A stretch of 64,000 nt of DNA from Amoebophrya sp. A120. Its lineage: Eukaryota > Protista > Dinoflagellata. The stretch covers positions 4,240,233 through 4,304,232 of the forward strand of contig CAJINV010000001.1 of the NCBI GenBank assembly GCA_905178155.1, in the 5' to 3' direction. Under the pieces are notes generated by a model that did no database searches, had not been told where the DNA came from, and was given only the letters and a program-made list of their open reading frames with translations. The position numbers and the translations under genes were made by a program. The first letter of the stretch is position 1. Each line of letters opens with the position of its first letter. Below, in pieces: positions 36,993 to 48,024 of this stretch.

Positions 36993-37753
36993 CTTCTCCG
37001 TGACGGCTGTGCAGACTTTAATTTCATCGAAAAATACGGCACGACCAATCCGCAATCGTACTCTGAGAAATGTGCGACGCCTGAATCTAACGACACAACA
37101 TGAGCTTCGACGCCTTGCTCTCACTCTCACAATCTGACGGAGCGAAATTTTTCAAGAAAAAGAAAAAAGGTACCGAAACTGAATGCGGAGACGAAAAAAA
37201 CTGTCATACCATAGATCAGCTAGTTTTGACGATATCGAGAAACACTTCCTCATCACCTCCCCACTCTTTTCACCCATTCGATGTCGAACCCAACTCGGTC
37301 TTGGACTCTGAACCAAAGCGAAGAAAAAATGACTCACGTGCCGGCTTTCTATTGATGCTTCAAGAATGCACCATCCACGACTAAAAACAAGCAGGAATAC
37401 TTCGGGTCAGAGACTGAGTAAACGAAGTCGTGTAACGTCGACAAAGGGGAGAAAAAGCAAAACAATGATCGTATAGATCAATTTCTTTGTTTTCATATGA
37501 CACGAGCATCAAATTTAAATTCAAGGGCAAGGCGTCGAACCACTCCCACTGAAAAGCACATCCATATCATAGCCATACCTATTGTTTCTCAGACCTCCGC
37601 GAGGAGGTTTACTGACATGGAATCAATCACGAAGATATCGATGTTGGAACTTCGCTGTTTTCCTTGTACCGCAGCTTTGTTTTAGCAAGCACGACTACTC
37701 AAAGGGTGGCATGATCTTTGGTGCTTTCTTGATAAAGGAAAGATAAAAAGGAC

Positions 37754-40477
37754 TCACAGCTTTCTTCTCTTCGCGTCAGGCTCCAACTCTTGCTGGACAG
37801 CAACTCCCGGCGGTAGCAACCCGATTTCCGCCATGCCCCGCTTCGCATCCTCCATGTTGGAGCAGGAAAAAACTTTCGCACTCCCGGATTTCTCCAACAT
37901 CTTCACGATCGGGTTCCAACACGACGCGTTCCGATCGTCCTTGATTCCCCCCAGCTCCGACAATTTCCCAACCAAAAACAGCACACTCTTGCACCGACTC
38001 ATCGCGACGTTGATGAAGTGCGGGTCGCAGGCGCGCTTGGTCTGCTGCGTGCTGTCCTGCCTTGCACGCTGCATTCCCGTGACGGTGTTGATGATCACGA
38101 CCTGTCGCTCCGAACCCTGAAATTTATCCACCGTGTCGATATTCCTGACCGCGGCCGTTTTTTCGTCGATTTCCGTATCCATCAAGGTGTCCATGTCCAT
38201 GTTCTCCCACTTGGCCCACTCCGTTTCGGGAATGCCGGCGAGCACCGTGCGGAGCCGGTTCTTGTGGCGGTTGTAGGGGGAGAGCACGCAAATGTCTTTT
38301 GTCGTGAGCGGGAGCTGACAACTTCCATCGTCGAAATAGGGCTTTTGCAACAACCCCTTGTAGATAAAACTGGTGATTTCCGCCTCCTGGAAATTTTCCA
38401 GCGACCGCTGTGCCATGTTGAAATCCGCAGCGCCGAAATTCAAGTCGAAAGCCACAACCGTCGGCTTTGTTTGCGCGAAAAGTTGCTGATAACCCGACTC
38501 CTTCGTGAAAAACTTGTCGCGGATGTTCGGCCCGTCGAGTAATTTGTTGTCGTAAAAATTCTGACTGACCACTTCCCGCACCGCCGGCGGCATGCGGTGC
38601 TGCTCCTCCAGCATCACAAAGTCCACGGCTTTTCTTGAAGAAGATGATGTTCCATATCAACTGTAAAAGTGTCTGGGTCTGGAAGAATGCGCGATTTGTC
38701 ATGCAGGTTTTCCATGACCCATGAGGTCTGGTATGAAGGACATAGCACGACAGATTCTGTGAGAGTTCTATCATGCCTATCCTGCATGAGAAACTGCCTC
38801 TCGATTAGGTCAAAAGTGGACAGCTTTTGCTAATCATGCAACACACATTCTTACATGATTCCGATTTAGCATGACAAGTTGCTCTGTTCCAGACCCAGAC
38901 ACTTTTACATTTGATATTCCATCCTTGGGTGCAACTTGCTCCTCCGTTGCCGACTTCGAATTGCTCTTGCTCGGACTGGCAATCAAGCGCTCCATCGTGG
39001 AAACGCCGTACCCCTGCTCCCGGATCCCCTCGGACACGTAGGGTTGCAATTGCTTGTGGTCGCCGACGAGAATGGCTTTCTGCAGTGTGGGGATTTTCTG
39101 GCTCAAGATGAACAGCTTCAAATCCTCCACCTGTCCCGCTTCGTCGAGAATCAAGGTGTCGAACTTCGCCTGCACAAATTCGTCGGGCTTGGTGCTCGCG
39201 TGATGTAACGTGGTGAACACGACGGACTTCGCGCCCGACGAAATTTCAGCCAAGAAACCAGCTCGGAACCACCCGGCTTGCAGGACTTTCTTCGAACATT
39301 TCTTCTCGTACCCGGCCCGAATGCAGTGCTGCTTCGCCGATTTGTAGTCGAGCATCGGTCGATCCTCGTCCTCCACCACTTTTTCCGCAATTGCGTCCAC
39401 GGCCACGTTACTGTTGCACAACACAAGCACCCGCCCGCCGCGTGCGATGACCTGGGGTAGAATCCCGCGAGCGATCAGGTGCGATTTACCCGTACCTCGA
39501 ATGTTGAGGAAATGGAAATGGTAGAGGTTCAGGGATGGTTTGCACTTTGGTCAGGACTTTTGCAACTGTGCGTGACGCTTACACAGAATGATTTTTACAA
39601 AACTTTTGCGTGTAAGCGACACAGTAGTCATGAACTCGCCATCTAATTCAAAAATCCGAATCACTCTATTACCGGGCGGTCCCTGCACAATCACCGGCCC
39701 ATTCGGCGTCAACGCTTCCAGTGCGAGCGCCCGACACTGCTGTGGATTGAACAAGCACTGCGTCGAGGTTTTCCCCGCGACCCATTTATCCAGCGCTTTC
39801 GTATCGAAACTCGTCAAATTTTGCCCGAAGAACAGCGACGCGCACAGCGGTGTCGGAGCAGTGCGGCGCAACCCCTGCAGCGATGCGGCGGGTCCCGTGA
39901 CCATGAAGCTGAAGTTGCGCAGTTTTCGAAAATACGTAAACTGGTTGCTTGTCATCGCCGCCTTCAGCTTTTCCAGCACATCCGGCCGCGCCCGCACGAC
40001 TAGTCCCTCTTTTTGGTTCATGGCTTCGCAAAAAACCAACCCGATATTCGTCACTTTCTCGTCCCCGAAGACCTTTTGGCACTGCGCCAACAGCATGAAC
40101 TTGTTGTAGACGGATTTCAGCGCGTCCGCGGGGTATTTCGCCGGCAGAGGCGTCATGAACATCTTGGACGTCTCCGCCGCGTCCGCGACTATCCTGCAGT
40201 TCAACGTACTCACGCCGGCGTACCGCAAGTGCAGCATGTCGTCGCGGGGCGGCCGGCTCCCGCTGGTCCTCGTCGCGTCCTGAATCTCCTCGCGAAAGGA
40301 CTCCAAGATCCCGGCCAGTTGGGCGTCGATGAAGTGCGACGGGTCGCTGAAGGCATGCGGCGGGGCGGGCGGTAGGGCGTAGGGCTGAGTGTAGTTGTCG
40401 AGGTCCGTGTTTTTCACCGTGTAGTCAGTCACAGTGACGCTGTCGGGCAGCGGGAACCCTGGAAATTGGCGGCGCAT
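37754..40477 (-). CDS. SF1 helicase of Upf1/Sen1/DNA2 type (AAA_11 + AAA_12); 3 exons
   Basis: Motifs VQGPPG|TGKS, NSNVAVD, LDEAGQ, VGDHKQL, QHRM, LSPY, TVDKFQGSER and NVAMSR. GT-AG intron 39496-39672 and introner 38655-38916. Confidence 0.9.
38655..38916. mobile_element. Introner family C, 262 bp
   Basis: tatcaactgtaaaagtgtctgggtctggaa ... ttccagacccagacacttttacatttgata. Perfect TSD ttcca. Confidence 0.95.
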
Positions 40478-41832
40478 GATTGTTTTTTTGTTCGTGTTTT
40501 TTGATCGCGTGATGCTAGTGGAATGCGGTGGTGCTTGATCAGACCTCAATCTAGAACGACCAAGACCAAGAAGAAGGGGCTCGATACTAATATGGGGGAA
40601 ACGATTTCTAAGCACGAATTTTTCTTTCTGAAGCGTTGTTTGCGGTGAAGAAAGTGCTTTAGCTCACATATCGGTAAAACAGCTTTGCGGTCGCCGACGT
40701 GATCTACAGCAAGAGCGAATCTGACACTTTTGCTTTCGGATCACCCTTGCATGACTCTCAGGTCACGGGAAAACCTATCCTATCGATCTTTTTTGACGGG
40801 GGAAGCAAAATGATCTGACCTTGGATACCAACATCGTCGAATTGTGTTTCGCATGGTGTTCGTCAGCATCTTCCTCCGGCGATCATGATCATGAAAACTG
40901 AATCTACAGCACCTTTCAGCTTCGGCACGACTCGCTTACGCAAACACGCTGGAAGAGACCGCACATCCGTGGTCGAGTGGGCACCATCAGTACCAAGTGG
41001 ATTAAAAACTTTTCCAACTTTCATCTCTGTGCGTATTTATGAACCTCGTCCAACTTCCTCAATCTACAAGGAGACCTTTTATCTCCGTAGAAGTAGATGA
41101 CTTTGCTCTAGTTACAGCATGCTCATCTTTGTTTCACCTTACAGGTGCGCTGGCGTAGACTGTAAAACCAGGTTTCGATAATCGCGTCAGAGCGAACTTT
41201 CGAGCAGCGCGATTTTTCTGTGGAAATGAATTACCTATGACAGTGACAACGAAGCAGTTGTGCTTGTGCTTGTAGTTTAGTTGTTTGGAAAATAGTCAGC
41301 AAGTGTAAACAAGATAAGCTGGTAAGCAGCATCTAGTTGCCCGTCGGACGGTGGTTGTGCATGATGCAATTCAACTAAACTTCTTCGAAAAGCACTCGCA
41401 CCACGCGCTCTTTGCCTTCTTCTTCGTGAAGCCAGCATCTCGTGTGATCGGGGTAGGGTAGGCGGATGCTGTTTTGATGAAAACAAGGCGCTTTAGTTTT
41501 TCTATCGGCTGACACAATTGCAACTTGAATCTTGTTCCGATTCAGCAAAGAAAGTCACACTCTATGTTGAAATAGGAATGGTTTTATGAATACGGTATCC
41601 CGATGGCGTCTGCGCTGCTGGTGCGTCGTAGTTCGAATATTCTGGTGCGAAGTGAAATCCTCCGGGAATCCCGATTTGGAGCGGTTGTGTGTTGAACCCT
41701 GATATTTTTCAAGCAACGAACCTCACATATACCGCACAAACAGCCAAATAAAGGAGAATCGGCCTCACAAGCGCTACGCCAACTAGAACTTGTTCTTCGT
41801 TCTGCGCAGAGAAGCAAAATGAAAATAGATCT

Positions 41833-42213
41833 CTATACCGCCCGGTGCCTGCCCGAGCTGCAAGTACCCATCACCCCCGAGCGGTGGACCGACGAAGGAT
41901 TGACCTGCATATGTGTAGAGTGTTGGAATCGCTTTTGTGATCATGTAATTCCTACTTACAGCTTTTCTGCCGTGGCAGCAGGTGCAGGGCCAGGGTTTTT
42001 CGTCACCTACTAATAATCATTCCAAATAAAGCAAAACAAATTCAAATTCCTACCTGGGATCTGAATTGTCCCTGGTGGGTGGAAGACTCCGGCTGGCACG
42101 TTGTACCCATCCTGCGTTACGAACGCGCCGTAGTACTGTCCCTGCATCTGCTGGGTCTCTTCATACTGGACCTGCTGCTGCTGCTGCGGCTGCACGGGCT
42201 GCTGCTCTGCCAT
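41833..42213 (-). CDS. Small Q-rich protein (~92 aa); 3 exons
   Basis: Short GT-AG introns 42007-42053 and 41905-41959 give MAEQQP...IQIPG|DEKPWPCTCCHGRKA|VNPSSVHRSG...HRAV*. Confidence 0.7.
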
Positions 42214-42968
42214 CTTGTCGTGTAGTGCGTGCTTATGAGTTGTAACTGTAACGTAACTAAGCTATATATGGAAAAAAGTATCTATGGGAAAATGATTGTC
42301 GACTGCTGAAAATTCTTGTGCGGCTTTGCCACCCAGCTGGATAAAGGTGCAATCAAATACAAATTCATGTTGCCCATTGCAAGAATTACTAAACGGGCTT
42401 CTCTTTTGGCTTTGACCAAGCGAGCTACTGCTACTCCTACTGCTTGCAGAGGATACAAGAAAACCACACAGGAACTAAAGTAAGACAACACAAAGACAGA
42501 CTCAACAACCACCAGAGTTACATACACGTTTTGTACTGGTGAGAGCAAGTTTGGATTCCACACTCACTCGTTGTTAGGATGACTAAACAATTTTCTGGGT
42601 GTCACACATGAAACTACATGCAGGGACATTAGTGCTTCTTGCACGTAGCTCTCAACACACAAAGAAACACTTTGATGGCTCTGCTGAGCAAAAATCCCGG
42701 GGACAAATAACACGCCGTTGGAACAAACGAACCTTAGTTTCGTACAAAACTACAGGGACAAGCGGTTGGAGGAATCCGAACGCTTGTGCCATTTCCTGAC
42801 ACTTTTTTCACGTGTTGTGGAAACGATATTTGTATGCTCTGAGTATGCGACCTGAATGGGCTACGCCTGTGCAAAATTCAGAACAGTTTGACACGGAAAA
42901 GAGAAACGGCAAAATTCGTTTGAATCACTACGCAAGCGACACTTTGTACTCGTCACGGCCCTGTTCTC

Positions 42969-45900
42969 CTATAGCCTCCCCTCTGGGCCGGCATCCACGT
43001 TTTCCGCGAGTCCCAAACTCGCAACCAAATGTTCTACCGTCCAGCCAACCGCGGGAGCAATGAACGCGCACCAGAGACCGAGAAACACAAAATTGCCAAA
43101 CAGCGGCTCCGGAGCGACTACCGACGCGTAGAGGTAGAAGACGGGAAAGGAAAAAAGCGCGGCAGCCGGCCTGGGGTCGTTGAAAAACGCGTCGGTTGAC
43201 AGGGAAAAGATTTTTTCTTTCAAACTTCTACCTCTTATCTTCCCCGTCGTCGAGTCGTCCACAATACGACCAGCTGCAGCTACTGCTATTTCTTCGTCGC
43301 TCTCCTCCGATGGAGTAGCAGACGACGCTGGCCAGCAAATTGGAAACAACGCTACTAACAGGCTGAAGGTCCCAAGAGTGTAGAGCAAACAGCCGGCTCC
43401 CTGTGACGCAGTGCCGCAAAAGAGGAGGAAAACCCCCAGTAGAATGAACCGTCCGGGTGGATAATCCTGTCGTACGATGTTCCGCGCCACCGACGCTGCC
43501 GCCGTCATGCAGGGGAGCAGGGAATAGCAGCACAGGGCGGCGACTTCGGGTGAAGAAGTAGAGGATGACGACGCGGCCCCAACCTCTCCGATACCGAGGA
43601 GTGGCATGAAGAGCAACACCGACACCAAAAAGCGCCACCAGTCCGGAAATGCGGTTAATGAGCACAGAATCCACCCTAAGTACAGCAGAATCGGAACCAT
43701 GTAAACCGCGACCGGAAGCAAACCCTGGCCGAGAAAAACGACGACGAAAAGCAAAACGACATGCACGGTCGGGTTGAAGTTGCGGTACAGGTAGTGCGAG
43801 CGCCAGAGCAACCCGCTGCCGAAGCCCAGGGTCGAGCACGCGATTGAAACCAGACCCGGCGGGAGGGCTGGAGCCGCCGTGTCAGCCGTAGAAGTAGTGC
43901 CTGCGCTGTAGCAAGCGAGCAATAACGGATACACACCGAAATAGAGCGACAGGGAGAGAACGCTCTTCTGATTCACCTCCTTTAACGGGTTCAGGTAGGA
44001 CGCCTCCTCGAGCTGCTTCCTGGTCCACTCGGTATATTGGAGATGCTTCTTCTCCAGCGTGGCCACGGGCTGCGGAACTTGGTGCGAGAGTATTTTCCTT
44101 GTTTGCTGGTTGACGTAAAAATTTGCAGTTGCGACATCGAGGACTACTGCAGAGGATGTGGGCAGCAGACCGCTAGGACCACGACTGCCCGTGGCGTGCA
44201 CAGGAGATGAATCTCGTCCCTCGACCTGCTTCTGCTGCTCAACGCCGGACTTATTGTTCATTTCCACCCGTCCCTCTGGCATCGTTCTCCACTCCACTAC
44301 TGACTTTGCGAAGGCCGGGACTTGCTGCAACACCGACTGGTCGCTGTACACGAGCAAGCGGCTCTTCTCAACAACAAACACCGCGTTCGCATTGCCGTGG
44401 TCCGCCTGCAACTGGGTGACGTCAAGGGGCAACCCGGACGGCGTCAGCAGTACGCACGGGGTGGTGGTGGTGGTGGACGAGATTGAATTTGTTGCGTCCT
44501 CTGCCGAAAGCGAGCTCTTCGATGGTTGCGAACTGCTATTTGGTGTCGTTGCGCTGTACCCTTGATCCAAGCTGACAAGCTTTCTCGGCTGCTGCTGTGC
44601 TGCTCTCCGCGCAAAATCGTCGTGAGTATGTTTCGTATCCTGCTGGTGGTCGAAGGTGGAGGCGGGAAAAGACAGCCCTTTCGGGGCGGTCCAGTGAAAC
44701 TCCACGCTTTCCGTTGGAGAGGCTGAAGCAGAGATGCGCACGAAGCCAGACAAAGCAACTTTGTCGTAGGACAAGTTGCCCGTTCGATAGGGAAACAGTC
44801 TAGAGCTCGAAGCGTCGTTGCTCCAGAGAGAAGACGATGATGAAGTCGACATTTCGTCCGGTATCGGCACTCCCAAGGACGTCGACTCTTTGTCGTTCGC
44901 ATTCGCTTTCTTCATCATCAAACTGGAAGTAGAAGATGAAGGAGGAAGTATTTCTCGATGCAGAAGCGAGGCGGCCGGGAGCGATCCCCACAGTGTGTGC
45001 AGACGTGTCTTGGGTTCTTTACCTTCCTCGTCCGAAGATCCAGTGAGCAAATGGAAGACTCTGCATCTCTCTTCGCAAACTGGCTCTCCTTGGCCCTGGA
45101 AGACGAAGAGGTTCTCGATTGGCAGCTGCGCGAGCAAATCCAAATCGTCTTCGAACACTCCGGTCGGGACGATGAGAAACTTGTTACTCAGCCCGCTTCC
45201 TTCTCGCTGGAGTTCCTGACGGAGCAGCTCGATGTTGCTGGCGATACTGAGATCGACGAACGTCAGGTCCATGTCGTGTTGCAGGGCGTAGATCATTGGG
45301 AGATGCCAGGCTGCGTCGAAAGATTGGCAAACGATAACGCTTTGCCTAATGTTGCCCTGTGGTTCTGAATCTGATTTTTCACTTGCGGACGATCTCAATA
45401 GCTCTTTGAACCACTGGAGCCGCGAACTGGTTTCTGCTTTCGATACCTCTCTTTCGAGAAGATCCTTCGTGCGGCTGGTGTCGCGAAGCGAGTTGGAGTT
45501 GCAGAACTTGAACAGACTACTTCCAGTCTTGCTCTGCAAATTTCGCCGCGTGCGCGCGCTCGAGCTCGTGCCGTGCGTAAGTACATTGCAGTCGAAGTTC
45601 GCCACATCGATCACTGCTCCTTCAAAAGCAGCGCCGATCCGCAGAAATCGTTGCCCGTTCGCACCGGCGGAAGTTGTCGTCTCCAGCTCGTCGTCGATAT
45701 TAATGGAAGAGGACGTCTCATTCTCCGCGACGAGAAAGCACTTCGAGTTCAGAAGGACCGCATCCGCACTTCTCACGCTTTCTTCATACGTCGCCGCGGC
45801 GCCGGCGCGCCATATTCCGATTAGACACGCGAAATGCAGTGCCGGGTCCTGTGCCACCTCGGGCGTGATTCCTACTGTTTGCCGACTGGTGAGAGGGTCG

Positions 45901-47495
45901 AGCAAAGCGGCTTGAAGACGGCTTTGTTTCTCGATTTGACGCTCTGCGGTTTCGACGTAGTTCCCGTCTGCAGCAGTCTGCTCTTGTTGTTCCCGACCAT
46001 CAGCTAAAAGGGCGGACGGACCGCTTGAGGAATTTTCTGCCGCTTTCAGTGGAGAGGAAACTGCAGCGGCACCAGCAAATGAACTTGTAGCACCGATAAG
46101 ACGTACAACGCAGCTACTGCCCTGGAAGTCTCTCATCGGTATTCCACCTTCGGCCGGATCCTTAGACAACTTTCTTGTAGCTGAAGAAGGGTCAACGATC
46201 GTGGAGCGCGCTGCGTTACAGTCCGAATCGATTCTACTGTAAAAATCCTTCGCGACTTCCTCCGCAAGTCCATCGGAAACCGCATTGGTGTCAAAGAAGA
46301 CTGTCACCGACGACGTTTCTTCGAGGAAAACCAACGAAAGCGCAATGCCCCTCTCCTCCATACTTGCACAAATCTTGCTCACATCCGCAACTCGTCCCTG
46401 CGGAGCGCGGAAGAAACCAAGGTTGCTGTACTGCAACAGTGGTATAATACTATTTGGCCTACTACTTGTAGTTTCAGATGTTTGGTCTCCCGAATGAACC
46501 GCTGACTCGCACGCAAACCGCTCCAACCATCTGGTATCGCCGGCAGATTTTTCCAGTACTTTCAGCAAATCTGTGATCATCTGCAGAACCGTATCGCCGC
46601 TTTTGCTTCCGTCTACAGGAATTCCTTCCGCAGGTAGATAGCAGGGCACCGCGTGATTGTACCACACAGCGATGAGCCCGTGGTACTGTACGGCGAAATT
46701 CCGCAGCACCGCCGCCCAGTGCAGTAGAACGAGACTGGTAAAGCCTTGATCGGAGGTGTCGACGTTGGTTTCCAGCATCAACAAAGAGGAAAACAAGCTG
46801 CCGAGGTCGATCTGGCGATACCGGCTTAAATCAACCGAAGATCGCGCAGGCCCGAACAAAATTTCCAGATAGGAGACGGCTTGTTTGTTCCCATGGTCTA
46901 GAAGCGGCGCAGACGAGGACGTAGTAGTCGGCGATTGTTCCTGATCGCGGCAAACTACGGTTGTTGGTACGAAATTGACATTGCTTCCTGACCCTGATCT
47001 AACGCGACTCGCGCTCGCAGCATTTTGATCTGCATCTTCCAGTACACAAGGACGATCTCGACGTTCCACCACATCAACCGGTAAAATGCAATAAGCGCCA
47101 GGCTGAAACCGTTTGCGCCAATACTCAAGAACTTCCGGATCGGCGGTGAAGCTGTCGGTAACAAAGCGGAAATCCTGCACGAAGTCCTCCAAGGTCCGTT
47201 TACCCACGGTAAGTACCATCACAATGATAAACAGCAGAAACACAACCACCGCGACCCCCGTAGCCTCTGCGTCGGCATGCTTCAATTCTGCTGCTGCTCT
47301 GGCAAAGGTAGATGAAGAGTCCCCGAGAAGCACGTGCAGAAACGAGGTCATCGGGGCTGAAGCAGGTGCTACATGGCCAACTTTTATCTCTGTCGCTGTT
47401 GCAGACTGATCGCCAACCGGGTGGGCCGCACCGGTGCTGTATAGTGCCTCCAGAATGGACCCATAGCCGGCCGGACGAAGGCTCGGCAGCAACAT
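42969..47495 (-). CDS. Large membrane protein (1508 aa) with degenerate NRPS condensation + adenylation-like region
   Basis: Single long ORF with an N-terminal TM segment and roughly 8-10 C-terminal hydrophobic segments. NRPS-like remnants occur in the correct order (see findings). Confidence 0.6.
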   Translation of the reverse strand: MLLPSLRPAGYGSILEALYSTGAAHPVGDQSATATEIKVGHVAPASAPMTSFLHVLLGDSSSTFARAAAELKHADAEATGVAVVVFLLFIIVMVLTVGKRTLEDFVQDFRFVTDSFTADPEVLEYWRKRFQPGAYCILPVDVVERRDRPCVLEDADQNAASASRVRSGSGSNVNFVPTTVVCRDQEQSPTTTSSSAPLLDHGNKQAVSYLEILFGPARSSVDLSRYRQIDLGSLFSSLLMLETNVDTSDQGFTSLVLLHWAAVLRNFAVQYHGLIAVWYNHAVPCYLPAEGIPVDGSKSGDTVLQMITDLLKVLEKSAGDTRWLERFACESAVHSGDQTSETTSSRPNSIIPLLQYSNLGFFRAPQGRVADVSKICASMEERGIALSLVFLEETSSVTVFFDTNAVSDGLAEEVAKDFYSRIDSDCNAARSTIVDPSSATRKLSKDPAEGGIPMRDFQGSSCVVRLIGATSSFAGAAAVSSPLKAAENSSSGPSALLADGREQQEQTAADGNYVETAERQIEKQSRLQAALLDPLTSRQTVGITPEVAQDPALHFACLIGIWRAGAAATYEESVRSADAVLLNSKCFLVAENETSSSINIDDELETTTSAGANGQRFLRIGAAFEGAVIDVANFDCNVLTHGTSSSARTRRNLQSKTGSSLFKFCNSNSLRDTSRTKDLLEREVSKAETSSRLQWFKELLRSSASEKSDSEPQGNIRQSVIVCQSFDAAWHLPMIYALQHDMDLTFVDLSIASNIELLRQELQREGSGLSNKFLIVPTGVFEDDLDLLAQLPIENLFVFQGQGEPVCEERCRVFHLLTGSSDEEGKEPKTRLHTLWGSLPAASLLHREILPPSSSTSSLMMKKANANDKESTSLGVPIPDEMSTSSSSSLWSNDASSSRLFPYRTGNLSYDKVALSGFVRISASASPTESVEFHWTAPKGLSFPASTFDHQQDTKHTHDDFARRAAQQQPRKLVSLDQGYSATTPNSSSQPSKSSLSAEDATNSISSTTTTTPCVLLTPSGLPLDVTQLQADHGNANAVFVVEKSRLLVYSDQSVLQQVPAFAKSVVEWRTMPEGRVEMNNKSGVEQQKQVEGRDSSPVHATGSRGPSGLLPTSSAVVLDVATANFYVNQQTRKILSHQVPQPVATLEKKHLQYTEWTRKQLEEASYLNPLKEVNQKSVLSLSLYFGVYPLLLACYSAGTTSTADTAAPALPPGLVSIACSTLGFGSGLLWRSHYLYRNFNPTVHVVLLFVVVFLGQGLLPVAVYMVPILLYLGWILCSLTAFPDWWRFLVSVLLFMPLLGIGEVGAASSSSTSSPEVAALCCYSLLPCMTAAASVARNIVRQDYPPGRFILLGVFLLFCGTASQGAGCLLYTLGTFSLLVALFPICWPASSATPSEESDEEIAVAAAGRIVDDSTTGKIRGRSLKEKIFSLSTDAFFNDPRPAAALFSFPVFYLYASVVAPEPLFGNFVFLGLWCAFIAPAVGWTVEHLVASLGLAENVDAGPEGRL

Positions 47496-47991
47496 CTTGA
47501 TCTTTTTTTAGAAACTTTGGCGATTTTCTTTCGGCAACTCTCTCTGAAGAAACCATTGTCACTTTGTTCATACATCAATCAAAGCCTACACTAAGTCACT
47601 CGCAGCTACACACTCTCACGAGCCACACTCTAGCTCCTTCAAACGTTGTTTACTTTACTGACGCGTGGCACTTTTCCTTTCCAGCAGACACGAGCTGAGG
47701 CTGCCGTATGGTGTATGCTGCCCCCTTGCCAAAAAAACACTGAGGTGAGGAGCTGCAGCGGACAGAGCCCGATTGCTCGGTCAGTTTTATTAAGGTCGTG
47801 TTGCAATTGCGTTTTAGCTTGATCATACACTCTACAACAATAATTGTGCGATGGTGGTCGACGACCTGTGCTAGGACAGAGACGACCGCGTTTCTGCGGC
47901 TTCATTCTGGTTTTTGGGAAAAGAGGCGAAGTTTCGTTACCTCCAGTCCAGTGCTGTCAAGTCAATTTTATTTTCAAGTTTGTTGATGCGC

Positions 47992-48013
47992 AGGGTTTAG
48001 GGTTTAGGGTTTA
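47992..48013. repeat. Interstitial telomere-type repeat (TTTAGGG)x3
   Basis: agggtttagggtttagggttta immediately 3' of the stop codon at 48025. Confidence 0.8.
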
Positions 48014-48024
48014 CCTAGCGGCGC

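Noticed and set aside
30862-40477. Adjacent SNF2 and SF1 helicases as a functional cluster
   Set aside because: Adjacency in a unidirectional eukaryotic array of unrelated genes is not evidence of a shared pathway.
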